A stretch of DNA of 64,000 nucleotides from an uncultured Chloroflexia bacterium (GTDB lineage: Bacteria > Chloroflexota > Limnocylindria > Limnocylindrales > CSP1-4): positions 223,475 to 287,474 of the forward strand of contig CAWGTR010000006.1 in assembly GCA_963825545.1 (NCBI GenBank), given 5' to 3'. The notes under the pieces were generated by a model, which saw only the letters and a program-made list of their open reading frames with translations, was not told the origin of the DNA and did no database searches. The position numbers and the translations under genes were made by a program. Below, piece after piece: positions 17,047-25,859 of this stretch (the stretch's first letter is position 1; the number at the start of each line of letters is the position of its first letter).

Positions 17047-18519
17047 ATGAGCTCGCAGGAACTCCTCACGATCGCCCCGCTCGTGACGGCCATCCTGGTA
17101 GCCGCGGCGGTCATCGTCGTCGACCTCGTACGGCCCGGCGCGCGCACCGAGCCACTCGTCGTCGCGCTGGTCGGGCTGGCGATCGTCGCCGCGGTCACGG
17201 TCGTGTCCGGGGCGAACCCGGGCGACGCCTTCGGCGGCGCCTACCGGGTGGACGCGCTGACGACGCTGCTCGACCTGCTGTTCGTCGCGATCATCGCCTT
17301 CACGCTGCTCTTCGCGCCCGACTACCTGGCGGCCCGGAACCTGCCGCTGGCCGAGTTCGCGGCCGTGCTCGTGTTCGCGATGACCGGGGCGATGCTCATC
17401 TCCGCGTCGATGGACCTGCTCGTGCTCTTCCTCGGGCTCGAGTTGATGGTCCTGCCAGGCTACCTGCTGGCCGGGTTCGCCAAGCGCGACTCGCTGTCGA
17501 CGGAAGGCGCGATCAAGTACTTCCTCCTCGGCTCGTTCAGCTCGGCGATCTTCCTGTTCGGGCTGTCGTTCGTCTGGGGCCTCACCGGGTCGACCCGGAT
17601 CGCCGCGGTCGCGTCGAGCCTCGGCGCGGTGGTCGCGGGCACCGCGCCGCTGTCCCCGGGGCTGGCAATGGGGCTCGCGTTCCTGACGACCGGCGTGGCG
17701 TTCAAGATCGCCGCGGTGCCGTTCCACTACTGGACGCCGGACGCCTACCAGGGCTCGCCCACGCCGGTCACCGGCTACCTGTCGGTCGGCCCCAAGATCG
17801 GCGCCTTCGCGCTGATCCTGCGCCTGTTCGTGGGCGCCCTCGGTCCGCTCCACGCCGACTGGCTGGTGGTGATCGTGATCCTGTCGACGATCACGATGAC
17901 GCTCGGCAACTTCGTGGCCATCACCCAGGACAACGTCAAGCGGATGCTCGCCTACTCGTCGATCGCGCACACGGGCTACATGCTCGTCGGGCTGGCCGCC
18001 TGGGCGAGCCCGAACTCGCGCATCGAGGGCATCGAGGGCCTGCTCTTCTACGCGGTCGCCTACAGCTTCATGAACCTCGGCGCGTTCGCCGTCGTGGCCG
18101 CGCTCCAGCGCCGGCGCGGGGTCACCAGCAGCATCGACACGTTCGCCGGCCTCGGCGCCCGCGAGCCCGCGCTGGCGATCCTGATGACCCTGTTCCTGCT
18201 GTCCCTGACCGGGATCCCGCCGACGGCCGGCTTCTTCGCCAAGGCGTTTGTGATCCTGGCCGGCGTCGAAGCCGGTGGGGCGGCGGCCGTGCTGGCGGTC
18301 ATCGCAGTGCTCAACGCCGCGGTCGCCGCGTTCTACTACCTGCGCGTCGTCGTCTACATGTTCATGCGCGACGCCAAGGGCGAGCCGGTGCCCCTCGAGA
18401 AGAGCGGCATCCTGCGGGTGGGCCTCGCCGGCACGGCGTTCCTGACGATCGTCCTCGGGCTGTTCCCCGGAGCGCTCGTCCAGGTCGTCGAGAACGCCGC
18501 GCGCGCCCTCGTCTCCTAG
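17047..18519 (+). CDS. nuoN: NADH-quinone oxidoreductase subunit N
   Basis: 490 aa; ...VPFHYWTPDAYQGSPTPVTGYLSVGPKIGAFALILRLF... matches the NuoN/ND2 family. It is the last gene of the operon; a convergent gene ends 34 bp downstream. Confidence 0.9.
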   Translation: MSSQELLTIAPLVTAILVAAAVIVVDLVRPGARTEPLVVALVGLAIVAAVTVVSGANPGDAFGGAYRVDALTTLLDLLFVAIIAFTLLFAPDYLAARNLPLAEFAAVLVFAMTGAMLISASMDLLVLFLGLELMVLPGYLLAGFAKRDSLSTEGAIKYFLLGSFSSAIFLFGLSFVWGLTGSTRIAAVASSLGAVVAGTAPLSPGLAMGLAFLTTGVAFKIAAVPFHYWTPDAYQGSPTPVTGYLSVGPKIGAFALILRLFVGALGPLHADWLVVIVILSTITMTLGNFVAITQDNVKRMLAYSSIAHTGYMLVGLAAWASPNSRIEGIEGLLFYAVAYSFMNLGAFAVVAALQRRRGVTSSIDTFAGLGAREPALAILMTLFLLSLTGIPPTAGFFAKAFVILAGVEAGGAAAVLAVIAVLNAAVAAFYYLRVVVYMFMRDAKGEPVPLEKSGILRVGLAGTAFLTIVLGLFPGALVQVVENAARALVS

Positions 18520-18552
18520 CCCGCGGTCTCCCCGCCCCGCGGCGGCGCGCCG

Positions 18553-19805
18553 TCAACCGGCCTCGGCTTCGATCGTACTGGCGACCAGCGACAGGACGCG
18601 TGCCGCGTCGTGCGGCGTGGCCAGGAAGCCGTCGGCGCGCTCCACGACCTCCGGCGGCGTCTCGTAGGCGCCGTGCACGGCGAGCGCGAGGCCCTGGGGC
18701 AGCCGGCCGGCGGCCCGCGCCTCGGCGATCGCGGCGAAGGCCTCGGCGTCGCTCCGGTCGTCGCCGAGGACGATCGCGGCACCGAACGGCCGGCTCGCCA
18801 GGAGCCGGGCGACCGCCGCTCCCTTCCCCCCGGCACCGGCCGGACGGAGCTCGACGATCCGGCGGCCGCGGAAGCGGGTGAGACGGTCGTGCCCGGTCTC
18901 GGGACCGAGCACCCGGTCCAGGGCGGCCTCGACCGACCGACCGGCGACGTCGGGATCCGGCGCGGCGCGGAAGTGGAACGCGACGGATGGGCCCTTGTCC
19001 TCGACGTACAGCCAGGCCGGCGAGCCAAGCTCACGGGCGACGGCCGTCCCGACCTCACGGGCGACGGCCGTCCCGACCTCGCGGGCGAGAGCCGTCGTCG
19101 CGTCGAGCGCCGGGTCCACGGCCAGCGACAGGCCGGCGATCCGGCCGCCCCTGGCCAGCCGCCCCTCCTGGAGCCCGTGGTCGCCGAGGTAGCCGACGCC
19201 ACCGACCCGGACCCGGGCGACGAGATCGGCCACCGTCCGTCCGCTCAGGACGACGACGCCCAGGCGCGCCGGTCGCGCGTCCGCGAGCCGGGCCAGCCGG
19301 CGCAGGGCGGTCCGCCCGAGCGGATCGATGGCCGCCGCCATCGGGTCGGGTGAGACCCGGGCGAGGGTCCCGTCGAAATCGGTCACGACCAGGAGCGGAC
19401 CGGGCGCCGCGGCGACGGCCCGGACAAGTCCGCGGATGTTCGGCCAGGGCTCTACCGGTGGGCCGGCCGCCGCGGCCGGGTTCAGGGCGACGCCGACGCT
19501 CCGCCGCTCGGGGCGGCCGAGCCGGACGGGGCGACGGACGGGAGCAGCGGGCTCGGGGAGGTCGACCCGGGGATCGCCGACGCGCCGCCCGACGGCAGCG
19601 CGGACGGGGAGGGCAGCGCCGATCCCGAGGCCGAGGGCATGGCCGACGGGCTCGGGGATGCCGAGCTGGACGGCGCGACGGTCGGCGTCGGGGTCGGGGT
19701 CGGGTGGACGGGCCCCGGAACGAAGGCCACGGCCGCCGCGATCAGCAGCGCCGCCGCCGCGGCGCCGGCGAGCAGCGCGAGGACAAGGGCAAGGCGCGGC
19801 GGCAT
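18553..19805 (-). CDS. HAD-superfamily trehalose-6-phosphate phosphatase-like protein (OtsB-like), apparently frameshifted and joined to an N-terminal signal-anchor plus Pro/Thr/Ser-rich linker
   Basis: HAD motifs LLVVTDFDGTLA, VVLSGRTV, GAGGKGAAV, AIVLGDDRSDAEAF lie in the frame ending at 18553. That frame has no ATG/GTG/TTG within ~110 codons upstream of motif I except a far ATG at 19827 with an Arg-rich, non-protein-like N-terminus. A different frame (19805->19482) encodes MPPRLALVLALLAGAAAAALLIAAAVAFVPGP... followed by a PT/S-rich tract. A frame switch near 19485-19500 would join them. Confidence 0.5.
19031..19078. repeat. perfect 24-bp tandem duplication (2 copies plus a degenerate third) inside the otsB-like gene
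   Basis: tcacgggcgacggccgtcccgacc occurs twice back to back, followed by the diverged copy tcgcgggcgagagccgtcg. It encodes the duplicated peptide REVGTAVA-REVGTAVA. Confidence 0.8.
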
Positions 19806-19872
19806 GGCGGGAGGGTACCAGTACCATGCGGCCGCGGCGCCCTCATCGGGGAACGGCTAGGATGACGGCCCC

Positions 19873-20583
19873 ATGCGCACCGTCTTCGACCGGGTCCAGC
19901 GCCGCCTGGTGCCCGCCCTCCTGGCAGCACTCGGCGTCTCGCTCATCGCGGCCGGTCTGCTCAGCTACACCGCCCCGGTCGACGCCACCCCGGCGCCGTC
20001 GGGGAGTCAGTCCGTCGCCGGCGCGAGCCCGACGGCGAGCGCGCTGTTGACGTTCCCGCCGCTCGTCAGCCCGAGCCCGTCGGCCAGCGCCGGCGCCTCG
20101 CCGGGCAAGGTCGCGGTGGCCTCCCGGGTGGTCGTCCCGGCGCTGGACATCGACCTGCCGATCATCCGCCAGCCCGGCGGCGCGAACGCGTTCCCGCCGT
20201 GCAACGTGGCGATGTACCTCCAGCAGCTCCACCAGCCGGGGCAGCCGGGTCCGACGTACATCTACGCTCACGCGCGGACGGGCATGTTCCTGCCGATCCT
20301 GACCGCGTCGAAGATCGACAACGGCCGGCGGATGATCGGGATGCTCGTCGAGGTCTACACGACCGACGACCAGCTCTACCTGTACGAGGTGATCCAGGTC
20401 CGGCGCCACGTCACGACGCTCGACGGCGCGATGGCGGAGAAGCGCGAGACGCTCTGGCTGCAGACCTCGGAGGGACCGGTCGGGACGATCGAGAAGACCC
20501 AGCTCGTGGCCCTCCCGCTCGGTCATGCCCCGGCCGACCACAAGGAGGCGAACCCGAAGCCGAACCCGGTCTTCTGCCACTGA
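19873..20583 (+). CDS. membrane-anchored sortase-like protein with Ser in place of the catalytic Cys
   Basis: N-terminal TM helix plus Pro/Ser-rich linker. The core VVVPALDIDLPIIRQPGG...TYIYAHARTGMF...VEVYTTDDQLYLYEV...ETLWLQTSEGP parallels class E/F sortases (IPSIDLDLPV..., AGHR, TLTLITC), but reads TLWLQTS where TLxTC is expected. Confidence 0.45.
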   Translation: MRTVFDRVQRRLVPALLAALGVSLIAAGLLSYTAPVDATPAPSGSQSVAGASPTASALLTFPPLVSPSPSASAGASPGKVAVASRVVVPALDIDLPIIRQPGGANAFPPCNVAMYLQQLHQPGQPGPTYIYAHARTGMFLPILTASKIDNGRRMIGMLVEVYTTDDQLYLYEVIQVRRHVTTLDGAMAEKRETLWLQTSEGPVGTIEKTQLVALPLGHAPADHKEANPKPNPVFCH

Positions 20584-20626
20584 GCCGTGCTGGGTGCGGG
20601 GTCGCCCGCGGGCCGCGATCGGGTCG

Positions 20627-21688
20627 CTAGATCCAGTTGATCCGGCGGAGGAGGTAGGCCATCAGGAACGCCAGCCCGATGATCGCGGCGGTCACCAGCC
20701 AGAAGCCGGCCGCCTCGGTGCCGGCGAATGCCGCGCCAGCCTCACTCATCCCGAAGATCCCGCCGAGCGCGCCAATCCCCGCCAGCACGACCGTCACCCC
20801 GGTCAGCCGCTTCATGATCAGCGACAGGTTGTTGTTGACCGTCGAGAGGTAGACGTCGAGGGTCCCGCTGACGAGTTCGCGGTAGGTGTCGAGCTCGTCG
20901 GTGAGGCGGATCAGGTGGTCATAGACGTCGCGGAAGTAGACGATCTCCGCGCTGTCGACGAGCGCGAGGTCGCGGTTCGTGAGCTGGTTGAAGATCTCGC
21001 GGACGGGCCCCGCCGCGCGACGGATCGCGACGAGCTCCCGCTTGAGCTCGAACAGCCGCTCGAGGGTCTGCGGGTCGCCCTTCTCGATCACGGCATCCTG
21101 GATCAGGTCGATCTCGTCGCCGAGCTTGTCCATGAGCGGGAAGTAGCCGTCGACGAGGTCGTCGCAGATCGCCCACAGCAGGTGGTCGGGGCCATGCGCC
21201 AGGACGAGCTCGAAGCCACCGGCCTTGAGGTGGTGGATCGCCCGGGGGTCCCAGTCTGAATCGTGGACCGTGAGCAGGAATCCTTCGCCGAGCACGACGT
21301 CGATCTCGCTCGGCACGATCGGGTCGCCGTACTCGAGCGCGAACAGCACGATGTGGATCAGGTCGTCGGTGACCTCGATCTTCGCCCGCTGGTTACCCTC
21401 GAGGATGTCCTCCGCGATGAGCTCGTGCAGCCCGAGCGCCTGGGTGATCGCAGCGACCTGGTCGGGCGACGGCCCGCTCGCGTCGATCCAGACGGAGCCG
21501 TCGGCCGGGATGGATGTCGGGATCGACGCGAGCCCTTCGGCCTCGCGGACCGCGGACCCGGCCCGCTCGAAGACGCGGATCCGCCCGTCGCCCGCGCCGA
21601 CGGCGTCGTGGTGGACACGATGAGCGAACCCGTCGAGCGGATCCGAGCGCGGCTCAGAGCGCGAGGGTCGGCTCCGTTTCCTCGCCAT
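20627..21688 (-). CDS. corA: magnesium/cobalt transporter CorA
   Basis: 353 aa from the internal Met (MARKRSRPS...). Cytoplasmic domain plus two C-terminal TM helices with the YGMNF-equivalent region (GIFGMSEAG); C-terminus LLRRINWI. The far-upstream ATG (21928) adds only an Arg-rich extension. Confidence 0.8.
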   Translation of the reverse strand: MARKRSRPSRSEPRSDPLDGFAHRVHHDAVGAGDGRIRVFERAGSAVREAEGLASIPTSIPADGSVWIDASGPSPDQVAAITQALGLHELIAEDILEGNQRAKIEVTDDLIHIVLFALEYGDPIVPSEIDVVLGEGFLLTVHDSDWDPRAIHHLKAGGFELVLAHGPDHLLWAICDDLVDGYFPLMDKLGDEIDLIQDAVIEKGDPQTLERLFELKRELVAIRRAAGPVREIFNQLTNRDLALVDSAEIVYFRDVYDHLIRLTDELDTYRELVSGTLDVYLSTVNNNLSLIMKRLTGVTVVLAGIGALGGIFGMSEAGAAFAGTEAAGFWLVTAAIIGLAFLMAYLLRRINWI

Positions 21689-23366
21689 CGATCGTCCGCG
21701 AGCCTCCCTCGTGGCGAGTGCCCTCGCCGACGTCGCCGGACCCGACCGCCGGCGAGTCGTCCGCCAGCATACGCGTCCGGCGGGTCCCGAGCGCGAGCGC
21801 CGGGAGGACCGCGGCGGCGACCACGATCGCCGCAGCGAGGAACAGCCCGACCATGATCCGGGACGCCTCGCCCGACGCCCAGCGCTCGAGGGCGGCCACC
21901 ACCAGCCCGTCGTCGAACGGCCGGCCAACGAGGTTGGGCGGGAGGAACTGCTGGTACGCGTCGGGCGTGGCGCTGATCGCCTGGCTCAGCCGATCGATCG
22001 TCGTCGAGCCATACGCCGTGAGCACGGCGAGCCCGACCGCCATCCCCATCATCCGGGCGACGGTCACGGTCGCCGAAGCCATCCCGAATGCCGCCCGGCC
22101 GGCGGCCTCGACCGCGGCCGTGGAGCGCGGCGTCACGGTCAGCCCGAACCCGGCCCCGAACAACGCCACCGCCAGGGCCGCGCTGGGGATCGTGGTCGCC
22201 GGCGTCCAGCCGGCCATGGCGACCAGACCGACCCCGCAGGCCAGCAGGCCGGCGAGGGTCACCAGCCGGAGCGACAGCCGGCGCACGGCGAAGCCGGCCA
22301 CGAGGGCCCCGATCGCGGTCGTGGCGGCCAGCGAGCCGAGCACGACCTGCTGCTCGGCCGGGCCGCCGTAGAGCACCCGATCGACGAACACAGCGGCCCC
22401 CACGATCGCCGTCGCGAACGCGTACCCGGTGAGGAGCGAGATCAGCGCGGCCGACGAGAACTCCACCGAGCGGAACAGCCGGACGTCGATGAACGGATCC
22501 CGCCGGACCAGTCCACCGGCGATCGCCAGCCCGAGGCCGGCGACCGCGACGACGAACAAGCCGGCGATCAGGACTGGCGTGGGCACGCCCAGCGTCGTGC
22601 CGTCCGCCGGACTGCCGAGCAGGGTCAGCCCGAGCAGCCCCGCTCCGAGCCCGAGCGTGAACGCGACGGCCCCGCCGATGTCGACCCGGCCGGCCCGGCG
22701 CGGCGTCTCCCAGCCGGTGTCGGCGGCCCAGGCGATCGCCAGGGCGACGATCCCGATCGGGACGTTGATGTAGAAGACCCAGCGCCACGCCGGCACGAGC
22801 AGCGAGCCGAGCGGCCCGCCGGCGACGCCGGCCGCCGCCAGGGCCGATTCGGCGTGGATCGTCCGGAGCAGGGCGGCGCCGAGGAATGGGCCGGCGGCCA
22901 TGCCCAGGAAGGTCAGGGCACCGATCGCGCCGAGCGCCCGCGGTCGCGCCGAGCCGCCGTACAGGTGCGCCGCGGCGGCGGTGGCCACGGGTACGAGCGC
23001 CCCGCCACCGACCGCCTGGATGAGCCGCGCCGCAATCAGCCAGTCGAGGCTCTGGGCCGCGCCGGCGAGGAGCGATCCGAAGGTGAACGCCACGAGGGCC
23101 CCGAGGAACAGCCGCCGGGTCCCCCAGATGTCGGCGAGCCGGCCGGCCAACGGCATCGTCGCGACGTACACGAGGAGGTAGCCGTTGACGATCCAGGATG
23201 CCCGGCGTAGCTGGGTCCAGGCATCGATCTCGGCGATCCCCTCCTTGTGCGCCATGTCGACGATGATCGACGGCAGGGCGACGGCGGTGATCATCAGCTC
23301 GAGGCCGGCGAGGAAGACCCCGACGCCGAGCACGCCGAGCAGCAGGAGATTCTCGCGGCGTCGCAT
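21654..23366 (-). CDS. MFS transporter, DHA2-like (14-TM drug:H+ antiporter family)
   Basis: Start MRRRENLLLLGVLGVGVFLAGLELMITAVALPSI...; motif A-like GRLADIWGTRR; ~570 aa with ~14 hydrophobic segments. Divergent from the arsR promoter. Confidence 0.8.
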   Translation of the reverse strand: MRRRENLLLLGVLGVGVFLAGLELMITAVALPSIIVDMAHKEGIAEIDAWTQLRRASWIVNGYLLVYVATMPLAGRLADIWGTRRLFLGALVAFTFGSLLAGAAQSLDWLIAARLIQAVGGGALVPVATAAAAHLYGGSARPRALGAIGALTFLGMAAGPFLGAALLRTIHAESALAAAGVAGGPLGSLLVPAWRWVFYINVPIGIVALAIAWAADTGWETPRRAGRVDIGGAVAFTLGLGAGLLGLTLLGSPADGTTLGVPTPVLIAGLFVVAVAGLGLAIAGGLVRRDPFIDVRLFRSVEFSSAALISLLTGYAFATAIVGAAVFVDRVLYGGPAEQQVVLGSLAATTAIGALVAGFAVRRLSLRLVTLAGLLACGVGLVAMAGWTPATTIPSAALAVALFGAGFGLTVTPRSTAAVEAAGRAAFGMASATVTVARMMGMAVGLAVLTAYGSTTIDRLSQAISATPDAYQQFLPPNLVGRPFDDGLVVAALERWASGEASRIMVGLFLAAAIVVAAAVLPALALGTRRTRMLADDSPAVGSGDVGEGTRHEGGSRTIDGEETEPTLAL

Positions 23367-23421
23367 CGGCCGAGTGTAGCCGGGCGACCCCGAAGCACCG
23401 TCCGCGGGGCGCCGGCGATGG

Positions 23422-23471
23422 TTGACACACGCGGTTCCCGGTCGTAGCATCAACAGCGATTTATATAAATC
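23422..23471 (+). promoter_or_regulatory. sigma70-like promoter (TTGACA-17 nt-TAGCAT) followed by a perfect AT-only palindrome GATTTATATAAATC (candidate ArsR-family operator), in the MFS/arsR divergent intergenic region
   Basis: TTGACA at 23422-27, TAGCAT at 23445-50 with a 17-nt spacer. The 14-bp palindrome at 23458-71 sits at the predicted +1, in a ~72% GC background. Confidence 0.5.
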
Positions 23472-23472
23472 C

Positions 23473-23898
23473 GTGTTGAGCCATCCGTCGCTCGACGCCC
23501 CTCGGAGCCGTCTCCTGAGCCCCTCCCCGGTCCGCATCCGCTCGACCATCGCGTCCGTCGTCGACCAGCCCGACGAGCTGCGCCAGGTGCGCCAGTTCCA
23601 CCGGGCGCTGGCCGACGTCAACCGGCTGCGGATCGTCCAGCGGCTGGCAGACGGCGCGGCGACCGTGACCGAGCTCATCGAGCACGTCGGACTGTCCCAG
23701 CCGCTCGTCAGCTGGCACCTCGGCAAGCTCCGCGCATCGGGCATCGTCACCACCCGCCGGAGCGGCCGCGAGACGCTGTGCAGCCTCCGCCGGGACGCCT
23801 TCGACGAGGCGCTCGCCCGGGAACGAGCCCTGCTCGGTCTCGGCCTCCCCGTGCTGCCCGGCCGAACCGCCGGCACGACGGACGAGCCGGCGTCATGA
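23473..23898 (+). CDS. ArsR/SmtB-family transcriptional regulator
   Basis: HTH region FHRALADVNRLRIVQRLADGAATVTELIEHVGLSQPLVSWHLGKLRASGIV. GTG 23473 is chosen because the track's TTG 23422 coincides with the -35 box. The stop overlaps the pgsA-like ATG (ATGA). Confidence 0.6.
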   Translation: MLSHPSLDAPRSRLLSPSPVRIRSTIASVVDQPDELRQVRQFHRALADVNRLRIVQRLADGAATVTELIEHVGLSQPLVSWHLGKLRASGIVTTRRSGRETLCSLRRDAFDEALARERALLGLGLPVLPGRTAGTTDEPAS

Positions 23899-24608
23899 CC
23901 GCCACGAAGCCGACGGGCGGCGGCTCGCTCGTCCGGCCCGAGACCCGGACGAGGGTCAAGAAGCTGGGCGAGCCCGTCGCTCTGTTCTTCGGCCGTCTCG
24001 GGCTCACCCCGAACGGGCTCACCCTGATCGGATTCGGCATCACCGTCCTTGGCGCGGTGCTGGTGGGCTTCCAGTACTGGCTGATCGGCGGGATCGTCGT
24101 CTTCCTCGGCGGGGTGTTCGACATGTTCGACGGGACACTGGCCCGGGCGACCGGCAAGGTCAGCCCGCTCGGCGCGTTCATGGACTCGGTCTTCGATCGC
24201 TGGGGCGAGGCCTTCGTCTATGTCGGCGTCATCGCCGGCCTGGCCGGGGCCGGCTGGGACGTCGGCGGACCGGTCCTGGCCGCCGCTGCCATGGGCTCGG
24301 CGTTCATGGTCAGCTACACCCGCGCCAAGTCCGAAGGGCTTGGGTTCACCGAGGGGACCGGGATGGCCGCGGTCGGATTGATGCCCCGCGAGGTGCGGCT
24401 CATTGTCCTGTCGGCTGGGCTCATCCTCGGTGGGATCGTTGGGACCGAGGTGATTGACCGCGGCTTCTCGATCGGCGGGACCACGGTTCCGGCGGGCATC
24501 GTCCTCATCGAGGTCGCGCTGGGCATCATCACCCTGGGCGCGACCATCACCGTCATCCAGCGCATCCTCCATGTCAGGCAGCAGGCCGTCGCGCGCGACG
24601 GGAAGTAG
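23895..24608 (+). CDS. pgsA: CDP-alcohol phosphatidyltransferase, phosphatidylinositol-phosphate synthase-like (PgsA1/PIPS)
   Basis: Membrane protein with the CDP-OH transferase motif FDMFDGTLARATGKVSPLGAFMDSVFDRWGE (D-x2-DG-x2-AR...G-x3-D-x3-D). Confidence 0.8.
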   Translation: MTATKPTGGGSLVRPETRTRVKKLGEPVALFFGRLGLTPNGLTLIGFGITVLGAVLVGFQYWLIGGIVVFLGGVFDMFDGTLARATGKVSPLGAFMDSVFDRWGEAFVYVGVIAGLAGAGWDVGGPVLAAAAMGSAFMVSYTRAKSEGLGFTEGTGMAAVGLMPREVRLIVLSAGLILGGIVGTEVIDRGFSIGGTTVPAGIVLIEVALGIITLGATITVIQRILHVRQQAVARDGK

Positions 24609-24620
24609 GGAGACAGTCAG

Positions 24621-25859
24621 GTGGCCAAGACCGGGAAGAACGGAACCAACGGCACGAACGGCGCGAAGCCGGCTGCCGGCGCGGCGCGCCGGACCGACGG
24701 CAAGATCCGGGTCGCGATCGTCGGGGTGGGGAACTGCGCCAGCAGCCTCGTCCAGGGTCGTTACTACTACGAGAACGCGAAGAAGGAGGACTTCGTCCCC
24801 GGCCTAATGCACGTCGAGCTCGGCGGGTACCACGTTCGCGACATCGAGTTCGTCGCCGCGTTCGACATCGACAAGAACAAGGTCGGCAAGGACCTCTCCG
24901 AGGCGATCTACCAGAAGCCGAACAACACCTACGTCTTCCAGCAGGTCCCGCACATCGGGGTGACCGTCGACCGCGGAATGACCCACGACGGGCTCGGCAA
25001 GTACCTCAGCCAGATCATCGAAAAGGCGCCCGGCCCGACGGCCGACGTCGTCGGGATCCTCCGCGAGCGCGAGGTCGACGTGATGGTCTCCTACCTGCCG
25101 GTCGGCAGCGAGGAGGCCACGAAGTGGTACGTCGAGCAGGCGCTCAAGGCGGGCGTCGGGTTCGTGAACGCCATCCCGGTGTTCATCGGCCGCGAGCCGT
25201 ACTGGCAGCGGCGCTTCGCCGAGGAGGGCCTGCCGGTCATCGGTGACGACATCAAGAGCCAGGTCGGGGCCACGATCAGCCACCGCGTCCTGACCCGCCT
25301 GTTCATGGACCGCGGCGTCCGCCTCGACCGGACCTACCAGCTCAACTTCGGCGGCAACACCGACTTCCTCAACATGCTCGAGCGCGAGCGTCTCGAGTCG
25401 AAGAAGATCTCGAAGACGAACGCGGTCACGAGCATGCTCGACTACGAGGTCGACCCCGATGACGTCCACGTCGGCCCGAGCGACCACGTTCCGTGGCTGC
25501 TCGACCGGAAGTGGTGCTACATCCGGATGGAGGGCACGACCTACGGCGACGTGCCGCTCAACGCCGAGCTCAAGCTCGAGGTCTGGGACAGCCCGAACAG
25601 CGCCGGCGTGATCACCGACGCGATCCGCTGCCTCAAGCTCGGCCTCGACCGCGGGCTCACCGGAACCCTGGTCGCGCCGTCGAGCTACTTCATGAAGAGC
25701 CCGCCAATCCAGATCCACGACGACATCGCGTTCAACCGGGTCGAGGCGTTCATCCGGGGCGAGGACAACGAGACCCTCGTCGGCACGGAGGCTCCGCAGA
25801 AGCGGACGCTCAGGCGGCTGGCCGGGCCGAAGGCGAAGGTGGCGGCCGGAGCCCGGTGA
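24621..25859 (+). CDS. ino1: myo-inositol-1-phosphate synthase
   Basis: 412 aa; ...[18 protein letters not shown]...[33 protein letters not shown]...[26 protein letters not shown]... are bacterial/archaeal MIPS signatures. Confidence 0.9.
   Translation: MAKTGKNGTNGTNGAKPAAGAARRTDGKIRVAIVGVGNCASSLVQGRYYYENAKKEDFVPGLMHVELGGYHVRDIEFVAAFDIDKNKVGKDLSEAIYQKPNNTYVFQQVPHIGVTVDRGMTHDGLGKYLSQIIEKAPGPTADVVGILREREVDVMVSYLPVGSEEATKWYVEQALKAGVGFVNAIPVFIGREPYWQRRFAEEGLPVIGDDIKSQVGATISHRVLTRLFMDRGVRLDRTYQLNFGGNTDFLNMLERERLESKKISKTNAVTSMLDYEVDPDDVHVGPSDHVPWLLDRKWCYIRMEGTTYGDVPLNAELKLEVWDSPNSAGVITDAIRCLKLGLDRGLTGTLVAPSSYFMKSPPIQIHDDIAFNRVEAFIRGEDNETLVGTEAPQKRTLRRLAGPKAKVAAGAR

Noticed and set aside
19482-19805. 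107-aa PT/S-rich ORF as an independent secreted small protein
   Set aside because: It has a Met and a hydrophobic segment, but also rare CTT codons and low complexity typical of spurious GC-rich ORFs. It was kept only as the possible frameshifted N-terminus of the otsB-like gene.
20584-20626. GCCCGCGGGC palindrome between the convergent sortase-like and corA genes as a bidirectional terminator
   Set aside because: The stem is only 4-5 bp with a minimal loop and no U-tract, which is too weak to call.
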